Notes under the pieces: generated by a model
What the model saw: the letters and a program-made list of their open reading frames with translations, nothing else
The model's database searches: none
Told to the model about the DNA's origin: nothing
Position numbers and translations under genes: made by a program
From: a virus
Lineage: Duplodnaviria; Caudoviricetes
IMG/VR virus record: IMGVR_UViG_2863283106_000001
Location: 1 to 64,000 of that record
DNA length: 64,000 nt
Strand: one strand, 5' to 3'
In this document: one piece after another, positions 34,698 to 43,900 of the stretch
Layout of the letters: the number at the start of each line of letters is the position of its first letter
How positions within the stretch are numbered: position 1 is the stretch's first letter

Positions 34698-36653
34698 TCA
34701 GCTCTGCATCAGGGCGAGTGCGGCCTTCACCTCCTCCGCGTCCAGGCGGACGGTCTCGTCCTCCGGCGGGGCGGCCGCCCCCATGTCCTCGTCGTCTTCG
34801 TCGTCCCAGCTCGTGTCCTCGTCGCTCGTGTCCTCGTCGTCGCCGAAGGTGTCGTCGTCCCACAGGTCCAGTCCGACCGGGGCGGGCGCCGTCGGCCGGC
34901 GCGCGAACGTGGTGACGTCCCCCTCCTCGCTCTCGTCCTTGCCGGTGGCGACGTCCAGCCCCTTCGCGGACAGGGCCGCGATCAGCTCGCGCACCTTGTC
35001 GCGGACGCCTCCGAGCTGCTCCGGGCCGGCGGTGGTGCTGCTGACGCGGGCGGTGGCGTCAGTGAGTGCGTCGACGGTGGGCTGTACGACGCGCGCGTCG
35101 ACGTCCTCGTCTTCGGTGGCGGCACGGTGCGCGGTGGTGCCCTCCGGCACGACGATGGTGGCGAGCTCGACGGACTGCGGCTTGGACAGGGTGATGTCGC
35201 CGGCGGCCGTGACCGTGTACGGGATCGCGTAGTAGGCGCTGCGGCGTTCGTCTTCGGAGTGCACGGACACGATGACGCGGTCCGGGTAGGTGCCCTCGAT
35301 GCACGTCCACGTCTGGCCGTCTTGGTTGAGGAGCTCGCGGACCTTGTCGGAGAGCCGGGCGCGGAACTGTTCCTGAGACTCGGGCAGGGGCTTGGGGGAC
35401 ATCACGGGGGCCTCCAGGGGGGCATTCTTGGCCTCGGTGACCATGGATCGGGCGGACTTGTGCTCGATGCGCGGCAGAGCGCGGGCGGCCCGTACGGCGG
35501 CGCGCGCGGACTTCTCCTCGGTGGGGGCCACGCCGTTGCGGGTGGCCTTGAGGATGCCCTCGAGGATGTTCGGGGAGACAGGGCGGATCGGCTTCGGGGC
35601 CGGGCCCTGCGGGAGGGCCGCGCCGGCCAGGAGCTCCCACGGGGCTTCGCGGCACTCCGGCCGCAGGAGCGGCATGTCGGGCAGGGACGTGATCGGCCAC
35701 CAGGCGGTGACCTCGGTGGCGTCGCCCTTGGGGTCGTCGGGGTTGGCGACGCGGCGTTCTTCGCTGGGCTTGTTGATGGGAACGGACGCCTCGGTCGGAA
35801 CAACGGCAACATAGCCGCGGTAGATGCCGTTCGGGGCGACCCAGGTACCGACGATGCTCGCGGTGCCGGGCAGGGTCGAGCCGGTCTCCTCGCTCCACTC
35901 GCGCACTGCGGCGGCGAGGGAGTCCTCCCCGTCTTCCAGGTGTCCGCCGGGGAATTCCCAGGTGCCGGCGGCCGGGTCGTCGTCGTTGAGGGCGCGCTGG
36001 AGCATCAGCACGCGGCCGGTGTCGGCGGCTTTCACGACCAGGCCCGCAACCTTGACGCCCTTGCCTTCCGCGGGGGTGGCGACGTCGATCTCTACGTGGG
36101 AGGGCGTGGTCTTGTACTCGAGGCCCACGTGCCCGGCGGCGGACTTCACCTCAAGGCTGCGGGTCAGCGGGTGCGCGCCGTGCAGGACCGGGGAGACCTC
36201 GAACAGGTCCAGGTCGTGGATGACGCGGACGCCGTCGCCGCGGAGCGTTGCGCCTTCCGTCGGCACGCGGTAGCCGATGGAGAACGCGGCCTGCTGGTGC
36301 TCGTGCCACTGCTTGACCTGCTCGTAGGCGTCGCGGCCCTGCTGGGTGCGCAGGTTGTAGATCACGGTGGCGACGAGGGCGCCGGCCTCGGCGGGCCAGC
36401 CGGGGACGCTGGCGAATCGGGGGTCGCCGGGCCGCCACTCCTCGCACTCGATGACGACGCCGACGGGGTCCTTCCACCCGTGGTGCCAGACGGTTTTGAC
36501 GGGGCGGGAGGCCAGGGTGCGGGCGAAAGCACCGGGCACGATGAGGTCGTTTACCTCGTCGACCACGCCGGTGACGGCGTAGATAGCCCGGCTGGTGCCT
36601 CGCTGACTGGTGCTGGGGCGTGGGGATCTGATGGGTGGAGCAGCGCTCGGCAC
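34698..36653 (-). CDS. HK97-type prohead protease fused to a Nudix hydrolase and an acidic scaffold-like tail
   Basis: VVDEVNDLIVPGAF, VWHHGW, FSIGY, LDLFEVSPVLHGAHP; Nudix box GGHLEDGEDSLAAAVREWSEETG. Confidence 0.9.
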   Translation of the reverse strand: MPSAAPPIRSPRPSTSQRGTSRAIYAVTGVVDEVNDLIVPGAFARTLASRPVKTVWHHGWKDPVGVVIECEEWRPGDPRFASVPGWPAEAGALVATVIYNLRTQQGRDAYEQVKQWHEHQQAAFSIGYRVPTEGATLRGDGVRVIHDLDLFEVSPVLHGAHPLTRSLEVKSAAGHVGLEYKTTPSHVEIDVATPAEGKGVKVAGLVVKAADTGRVLMLQRALNDDDPAAGTWEFPGGHLEDGEDSLAAAVREWSEETGSTLPGTASIVGTWVAPNGIYRGYVAVVPTEASVPINKPSEERRVANPDDPKGDATEVTAWWPITSLPDMPLLRPECREAPWELLAGAALPQGPAPKPIRPVSPNILEGILKATRNGVAPTEEKSARAAVRAARALPRIEHKSARSMVTEAKNAPLEAPVMSPKPLPESQEQFRARLSDKVRELLNQDGQTWTCIEGTYPDRVIVSVHSEDERRSAYYAIPYTVTAAGDITLSKPQSVELATIVVPEGTTAHRAATEDEDVDARVVQPTVDALTDATARVSSTTAGPEQLGGVRDKVRELIAALSAKGLDVATGKDESEEGDVTTFARRPTAPAPVGLDLWDDDTFGDDEDTSDEDTSWDDEDDEDMGAAAPPEDETVRLDAEEVKAALALMQS

Positions 36654-36692
36654 GGCGGGGAACCTCCGGCGGTCGACAGTGGGCCGCCGGGC

Positions 36693-36723
36693 ACCGTGCC
36701 GTTCGCGTCTGCCTAGTGTCCTG
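36693..36723 (-). promoter_or_regulatory. Late-promoter-like motif (variant)
   Basis: CAGGAC-ACTAG..(19 nt)-CACGGT. Confidence 0.5.
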
Positions 36724-36922
36724 TTCTGGGCGCCGACTGTTGCGGGTGCGCCTCAGCCTGGGAACGGGCTGCATTCCAGCCCCGGGTCCAGTAGCGGTAT
36801 CCGAACCGCTGTTCCTTGTCGCCGATGCGGTCGTACGGGCAGGCGTCGGAGGGGTCCCCCGCGGCGTATGCGGCCTTGCCCTCGTTGAATCGGACCAGGT
36901 AGGCCTGGCGGTCGAGCTGCAC
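36713..36922 (-). CDS. Rmf/CrpP-fold-like small protein
   Basis: EGKAAYAAG..ACPY..R..YWTRGWNAA resembles the G..AG..CPY..W..GW pattern of ribosome modulation factor. Confidence 0.6.
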   Translation of the reverse strand: MQLDRQAYLVRFNEGKAAYAAGDPSDACPYDRIGDKEQRFGYRYWTRGWNAARSQAEAHPQQSAPRTGH

Positions 36923-36934
36923 TCTCGGCTCTCC

Positions 36935-37558
36935 TTACTGGCCTTGGAACATCGAGTCCTGGACACCGCGGTCCCCCGGCGGTGCCGGGTCGGCCGGCGC
37001 CGCGGGGTCGGACGCAGCGTCCTCACCCTCGGGGCCGTGCGTGCGGGTCATCTGGGCGCCGTCCACGTCGGTCGCCCACGCGTCCGGGTCGGTGTACCGC
37101 CACACCTGTCCGGTCTCGTCGCGGACCCACCCGGTCAGTGTGCCGTCCGGAGCGCGGTCGAGCCAAGCCTGTTCGCCGTTGCTGCCGGTGTAGGCGCAGT
37201 ACGCGTCTTCGGGGGTGGTCTCGTCGCCCTCGTCGTACATGTCGCCGGCCCAGGGGCGGGAGTCGTCCTCGGGCGGTGCGGGGGCTGCGGCCGGGTCCTC
37301 GGCGTCGCCTGCCTCCTCCGGTGGCATGTCCGTGGCCGGGGGCGCCGCGGGATCGGCCGGTTCGGCGGTCGCGGCAGGATCCTCGGGCAGGTCCTCCGGG
37401 AGATCCTCGGAGGGCTCGCTGTCGGAAACGCCAGGCTCGGCGCCCTTGAGCGAGGCCTCTTCGGTGCCCTCGGTCTCCTCGTTCTCGTCGTCGTCTTCCT
37501 CCCCGAAAGGCTTGCCGCCCTGGGGGAGAGCCTTGATGGCGAATCCGTATCTGGTCAC
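36935..37558 (-). CDS. Acidic hypothetical head-region protein
   Basis: GTG 7 nt after promoter motif; Asp/Glu/Pro-rich N-half, Trp-rich C-terminal domain. Confidence 0.7.
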   Translation of the reverse strand: MTRYGFAIKALPQGGKPFGEEDDDENEETEGTEEASLKGAEPGVSDSEPSEDLPEDLPEDPAATAEPADPAAPPATDMPPEEAGDAEDPAAAPAPPEDDSRPWAGDMYDEGDETTPEDAYCAYTGSNGEQAWLDRAPDGTLTGWVRDETGQVWRYTDPDAWATDVDGAQMTRTHGPEGEDAASDPAAPADPAPPGDRGVQDSMFQGQ

Positions 37559-37565
37559 AGTGCGG

Positions 37566-37595
37566 AGGATGACGAGCGCGACGGCTTGTGTCCCG
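37566..37595 (-). promoter_or_regulatory. Late-promoter-like motif, leaderless (variant)
   Basis: CGGGAC-ACAAG..(18 nt)-CATCCT, 7 nt before GTG. Confidence 0.6.
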
Positions 37596-37630
37596 GGCAG
37601 TGCTCCCTGCGCACCGCACCCGCCACCCCA

Positions 37631-37665
37631 ACCAAGATCATTCTTGCCCAATTGGGCAAGTCTCC
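37631..37665. repeat. 35-bp site B with 18-bp palindrome CTTGCCCAATTGGGCAAG
   Basis: Reverse complement of 30482-30516 with one mismatch. Confidence 0.92.
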
Positions 37666-37669
37666 GGGA

Positions 37670-37939
37670 TCAGTTCTCCGGAACGCGGGTCCTCTTCAGC
37701 ACCTCCCCGCTCGTCTCGATGACGTTGGTGAACGTCTGCAGCACCGCAAGGACGGACGCGGTGTCATCCCCGGCCACGGTCTTGACGGGGCCGGTCGGGG
37801 ACAGGGAGACAGACTCGCCCAGGTGGAGCTCCACCAGGGCCGCAGCCCGGTACGACCCGATCACCGGGCGGGCGGCCCGCCCGGTGATCTGCACTGTGTA
37901 GGTCGCACCGTCGTCGAACGAGCCGGTGACGGTGAGCAC
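37670..37939 (-). CDS. Small hypothetical protein coupled to the giant gene
   Basis: RBS AAGGAGG immediately after the giant ORF stop; 89 aa. Confidence 0.75.
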   Translation of the reverse strand: MLTVTGSFDDGATYTVQITGRAARPVIGSYRAAALVELHLGESVSLSPTGPVKTVAGDDTASVLAVLQTFTNVIETSGEVLKRTRVPEN

Positions 37940-37950
37940 GGCCTTCCTCC

Positions 37951-40900
37951 TTACCTCGTGGCCATCAGGCCCAGGAGGAACGCCCGCAGGTCGTCGTCCT
38001 GGTACCAGTCGCCGTTGAACATCGCCTGAACGGACCGGGCGAGACTGTCACCGGTGTCCGGTTGCGTCTGCTGCCGGCGCAGGAGCCGGTCCAGGGCGCT
38101 CGACCGCATACGGCGGGCGCCCGGCCGGCCCGTGTGGGTCCGGGTGAACCAGAACGCCCGCTGCGCCGCGTCCAGGTCCCCGATGTGCCGGGCGAGGTGC
38201 TGCGCCAGACCGTGCCCAGCGGTGCTCAGCCCCTCGTCGGCCAGGTCGGCGACCGTGATGCGCTGCCCGCTCGGCTCGTAGCGGCCCTCGTCGCCGTCCA
38301 CGGCCGTCACGCCGCGCACCGCGCCGGTGGCGAGCCACGACCGGGGAAGGACGCGCTGCACGCCCCGCACGGCCCGCTCGGCGTCCGGGGTGCTGTCCGG
38401 GCCGAACACGATGCCGGCGCTGCCGTCGGGGCCGACGTCGCGGATTTCGGCCAGGGCCGCGGCCACGGCGTCGGGCACCGCGGCCGCGTACCGGGCACGC
38501 AGGTCCGCGTACTCCCGGCGGGCGGTCGACAGCTCCATGCGGGCCGCGTCGATCTCGATCTCGAGGTCGGGGTCATCCGGGATGGTCGCGCTGCTACGGG
38601 CCGCCTGCAGGTTGACCAGACGCCGCTCGCTGGTGGCGACGTAGTCGTCGGCGTGCTGCAGCGTGACGTGCGGGTCGTCCCCGAAGTCGTCCCCGAGGAC
38701 CGCGGCCAGGCGGCGGGTGACGTCCTGGTCGACGTCGCCGCCGGCCGCCCGCAGGGCCGCCATGTGGCGAAGCGCGGCCAGGCCGGGGCCGCCGTCGGCC
38801 GCCCGGTCCGGCGCCCACTGGATCCGGTCCGACATCCCCGGGAGGCGGCCCGCGGCGAGCTGCCCCCACGTCGTCGGCCGCCAGAGGGTGACCCGGCGCT
38901 GCGCCTGCCCGAACCGGCCCGGCTCCGGCATCAGACCGGCCCAGTGGGAGATCCGGCCGGCGAGCGAGCCACCGTCCGTGTCAGGCAGGTTCACCGCACG
39001 GTGCAGGCGGGCCAGTCGCCGGGACTCCGGCCACTGCCTCACCCGGCGGACCAGGCGCCCGAGGAATGCCCGCAGGCGGCGCAGACGCTCACGCGCCGAC
39101 CGGTACTTCTCGGCGATCTTCCGGGCGCCGGCCTTCACCAGCAGTGCCAGGCGCTTGGCCAGGCGGATGAGGAAGGCGACGATCCGGGCGAGGAGGCCCG
39201 GCTGCCGGGCGGCCTCCGGGGACGCTGCGGCAATCCGGCGGGCGATCCGGCGGGCGGTGGCCTGCCGGGATCCGTCGAGCTGCCGGGTGACGATACGGGC
39301 GATCCGCTCGGCGTCGCCCGGGTCGACGCCGGCGGCCTGGAGTTGCTGCAGGAGCGCGTTCATCGCGTCGTCGACGTGCCCCGTGACCGCCCGCGCGACG
39401 TCGGGGTCGGCATCCGGGTCCGTTGCCGTGCGCGCGTCGGCGACTTGGCCGGGGATGAGGCGCAGGAGGTCCCGGGCGCGGGCCGCCAGGTCCTCGTTGC
39501 TCTCGCCGGGGAGCGGCTCGAGGTCGTTGATGGTGCGCAGGGCCGCCCGCACGGTGTCCGTGTGGGCCTGTTCCCGGGTGTCACGGAGGGTCTGCTGTGC
39601 GGCGTCTCGGTCGCTGCCGGTGATGCCCGCGGCGTCGAGGGCATCGGCGCCGTCACGGCTGGTTTCGTCCCGGACGTTGCGCAGAGCCTCGGGGGTGAGG
39701 CGCTGGGCGATCTGCTCGCGCAGGGCGTGGATGTCTCCGGGCGGCTCCGTGCCCGCGACAGCTTCGCCGATGATGCGGGCGGCGAGGCTGCGGGCCTGGT
39801 CGCTGGCGATCCGGTCGGTGCTGGACTGCGGGGTCGGGTTGGGGTCGCGGAGCTCTCCGACTGGCGGGAGGGCCGGGGTGGGCCGGTTCCGGTCGTAGAC
39901 GTTCACGGCGCGGCCGGCGTGCAGGCCGAAGTCGTGGACGTTGCCGTCCTCGTCCATGCCGGTGAGCTGCATCCACCATCCGTTGCGGTGGGGTGCGCTG
40001 ATGATCGTCAGGCGACGGTGGCCGTTGAACTGGTAGCCGGCCCGGCTGACGGGGGCGTCAATGACGTCACCGGCGCGGAGGTTGCCGGGGCGGACCTGGG
40101 CGATGGGCACGGACGGCTCGTCGGGGACGGCCGCGGCCGGGGCGTTCCCGGTGTCCGGGCCGGAGGGGTCGGTGTCGTCGTCTCCGTCGGTGGTGTCGGC
40201 GTCCGGGGCGGGGGCGCCCGCCGCGGGGGCCGGGCCGGGGGCCGGGGTGCTCGGCGCCGCGGAGGCCGGGGTGCTCGGCGCCGCGGAGGCCGAAGGCTCG
40301 TCACCCATGTCCGGGGTGACCACCAGGCGATCCCGGTTCCCCACGAACCACTCCACGGCCCGCCGCGGCCGGCCAGCGACCAGCACGGTCTCGGCGAGGA
40401 GACCGCCCAACAGCTCATAGCGGACCGTGGCGGTCGGGCCGCCGGCGATCCCCACGAGCTCCACCGTCACCCATCGGCCGCTCACATCGACGGCCTCAAT
40501 ACGGCGCGTGTACCAGCCCCCGTCCGAATGGCCGTTACCCACCACCAGGTGCTGCCCCGGCTGGAGCTTCGAGGCCTGCACCGCCATGGTGCCCTCCTGG
40601 TCCAGGGCCCGGCCCGGCCCGTCCGCGGCGGGAGTCTCCACCACCTCGAAGCCTTCGCTGCTGCCTACGGTGGCGCTCATGAACCTCCCGTCATGGCCGA
40701 CGAGACGGAGCTGAACCGTCCTGCGATCCTCGCTGCGCTGCGCCTCAGCCACCAGCATCCGGCGCTGTTCGCCGTTGACGGGCACGCTCACCACTTCACC
40801 GATACTGAGGTAGCGGGCCTCAACCCTCATGCGCGGCGCGCTGTCCTCCCCCTGGCCGTCACCCTGAGCGGGCGGCTCCGGAGGTGCAGGGTGCGCTTCG

Positions 40901-43900
40901 GGAAGCTGCCACACAGGCATCGCCCCATGCACGATCCGGCGCCGCCACACCTGGTTTTCGTCCTCCAAGAGCAGGCTGCGCACGCCGCCGGGGGCGTCCT
41001 CGATGTCGATGACGCGGAAGATGCCCAACCGGTCGCCGTTGCGCTCGTCCGGCATGGCGATCAGGTCGCCCTCGCCGAGCTGCGCCACGTTCGACGGGCG
41101 GGGCCGGTCAAAGCCCGCGGGCGGGGTCCGGCCGGCGGCCTGGTCCAGGTGGTCGGCGGCGCGCAGGGCCGCGCGGCCCTCAGGGGTCGCCGGGTCGGCG
41201 GACTGGCGCAGTTGCGTAGCGAGTGCGGCGGCCTGCTCCGGGGTGACGGGGAGGTCCGCGGCGATACGGGCGGCGGCCTGCTGCGCGTCCGGGTTGTCGT
41301 CCGGGCCGCTGGCGTGGTCGTCGATGACGCCCCGGTCACCTTCGGTGAGGTCCGGGTCGATGGTGGTTCCGGTCACCGGATCCACGGGGCGGGGCGGCTC
41401 GTGCACGGTCAGGTCCTCGGGCTCGTCCGGCGCGTCGTCCGGGCCCAGCTCGGGGGCGTTGCCGTTCTCTCCCTTCGCGCGCGGCAGGATCGCCGCGGCG
41501 TCCATGTCGATCTCGCCTACCTCACCGGTGGTGGTGTCGGCGTACTCGACCGTGACCCGGTCGCCGTCCCGGCGGGTGCCGGTGACCGCCACCGTGGCGA
41601 GCGCGCCATCGCGGTCCAGGATGATGACGTCTCCTTCCTTGAGGTCGGCGGCCGCCGGGTGGTCGATGTCCGTCACGGGGGCCGTGCCGGGGGCGGTGTC
41701 GCTGACTTCGCCCGTGACACGCAGATCGCCGGCGCTACGCGTGGTGGTGCCCTGCGCGGTGCTGACGGTGACCTTGTCGCCTTCCACCTCGTCGACGGGC
41801 CCGAGGAGCGCGCCGTCGGTGTCGGTGACGACGTGCCCGGGGCGCACCTGGTGGCCGTCGGACGTCCAGCCGTCGGGGCGGGCGCTGTCGGTGACGGCGA
41901 GCGTGGTCGGGCTGATGCCGTCCTCGGTGTCGTCGTCGTCCCAGCGCACGGACACGGTGGTATCGGTGGCGCCGGTGACGGTGCCTTCCTGGGTACGGAT
42001 GCCCCGCACGCCGGTAACGGCGCTTCCCGGGAAGAGGGCACGGCCGTTGCGGTCGGACGGGACCCGCTCGGGCATGTTGCCGGTCTGCACCGCGCTCTGG
42101 GCGCCGGTGGCCGGGGAGCCGGGCGTGACGTCGTCCGGGGCTTCGGCGCGCGCCGCGGTGGCGTTGAGCGTCGTGTAGACGTTGCCGCCCGCACCGGTGC
42201 CGTCGGGGTTCTCGGTGACCCAGGTGCGCCACTCCTGGGTGGTGCGGCCGCGGCGGGTCACGTCGACGAGCTCGGGCCCCTTGTAGACGTACCCGGCGCG
42301 CTGGAGCGGCTTGCCCTTCCTGGTGGTGCCGTCCATGCGGACCATGTCGCCGGGCACCAGGTCCTCGACGCGGGCCCAGTGGGCGGGCTGTCCACCGACC
42401 GGGGCCGGCTCCCCCTCCGGCTCCGGCTTCCTCGACCCGTCGGCGGGGTCCGCGGGGCTCGGGGTGCTGCCGTCCGTGGCCGGCGTGGTCGACGACGCGT
42501 CGGTGCTACCCGGCTGGTCGTAGGTGTGCGGCCGCTCGCGGCTGCTGTCCGGGGCGAAGCCGTCAAGGAGACGACCGGCCCAGGCCGCGCGGGCGTCGAG
42601 GTCAAAGAGCGCTTCGGGCTGTCCGCCCTCTTCGCTGTCGGCCAGTACGGTGCGCAGCCACGCGAAGTCATCGCGTGCCTGCACCAGGTCGTCCCGCAGA
42701 TCTCCGCTGGGGGAGCGTCCGTCGCGGAAGGCGTCCACCATCGCGGCGAGCCGGTCGTACCGGGCGCGGGCCTCCGGGATGTCTCGGAGGGACTCCGGGA
42801 GCTCCGGCAGGGTCCGGTCCGTGCCCGCCAGGCGCAGCATGACCGAGTCCCACACGTCCTCGCCCGGGTTGGCCGGGTCCGCGGGGCCATCCTGCATTGC
42901 CTGCACGACCAGGTTGGCAACGGCCAGGTTCCGGTCCCGGGTGCGGCTGGCGCGGTCGTTGCCCAGGCCGAAGAAGGGCCGGGCGTCCCAGACCGGGTCC
43001 GTACCGGGGGCTGCGGAATGGATGGAGACGGTGCCGATCCGGCGCCCGTCCAGCCATACGGCCTGTGCGCCGCCGTCCCCGTCCGGGCGCAGCTCCGCAC
43101 GGTCGGCGAACGCGTCGGCTCGGTCAGCACTTCCGTATCGGAGCACAGCGTCGTCGATGTTCTCGGCGCGCTGGGGATCGAACGGCCGGGCGGGGGCGAC
43201 GTCGTCAGCCGTGAGGGGCTGCGGGGTGTCCGTCTCTGCGGACCCGGCGCGCTGCTCCTCCTCGTACTGGTGCCGTGCGATGCGGTCGTTCTCGCGGCGC
43301 TGCTGCTTCCACTGGTTGAAGGTGACGCGGCCGCCGTTGAGGTCGTACCACTCCACCAGTTCTTCGCTGGCGTACTCCCTCCACCGGTCACCCGCGGACA
43401 GGCTGCCGCCGGAGAACAGTTCCGTCTCGTTGGGCTTGTCCGCGCTGTACTTGTACTTCTGCTTGTAGAAGTAGCCGTTCGTGAACTCGATCGCGGCTCG
43501 GTGGCGGGCCTCGTTCCAGTCGGCGAACTCGAGGTGCAGCGCACGGTCGGCTTCCCGCTGCCGGTACTGCGAGTACGTGAGCCGGCCATTGCCCGCAGTG
43601 GTCTCGTCACCGAACAGCCAGAGGTTCAGCTCCGGCGAGGCCAGTTCCTTCGCCCGCTTGTTGCTGTACTTGCGGCCGGAGAACACCTCGCGGGGGTCGA
43701 CGCCGGCGGCCTCAGCCTCCGGCGAGAGGAACCGGCCGCCGGTGGCCTCCATCGCGGCCTGGAAACGCTCCTCATCGAGGGCGTCGAACTCCCGGCGCAG
43801 GTTCCCTGGGGTGGCCGGAGCGGGCTGGGTGACGTCCGTGTCCCCGAAGCCGAGAGCCGCGTCCATGGCCTTGCCTTCGCGCTCGGCCTCTTCGGCGTTC

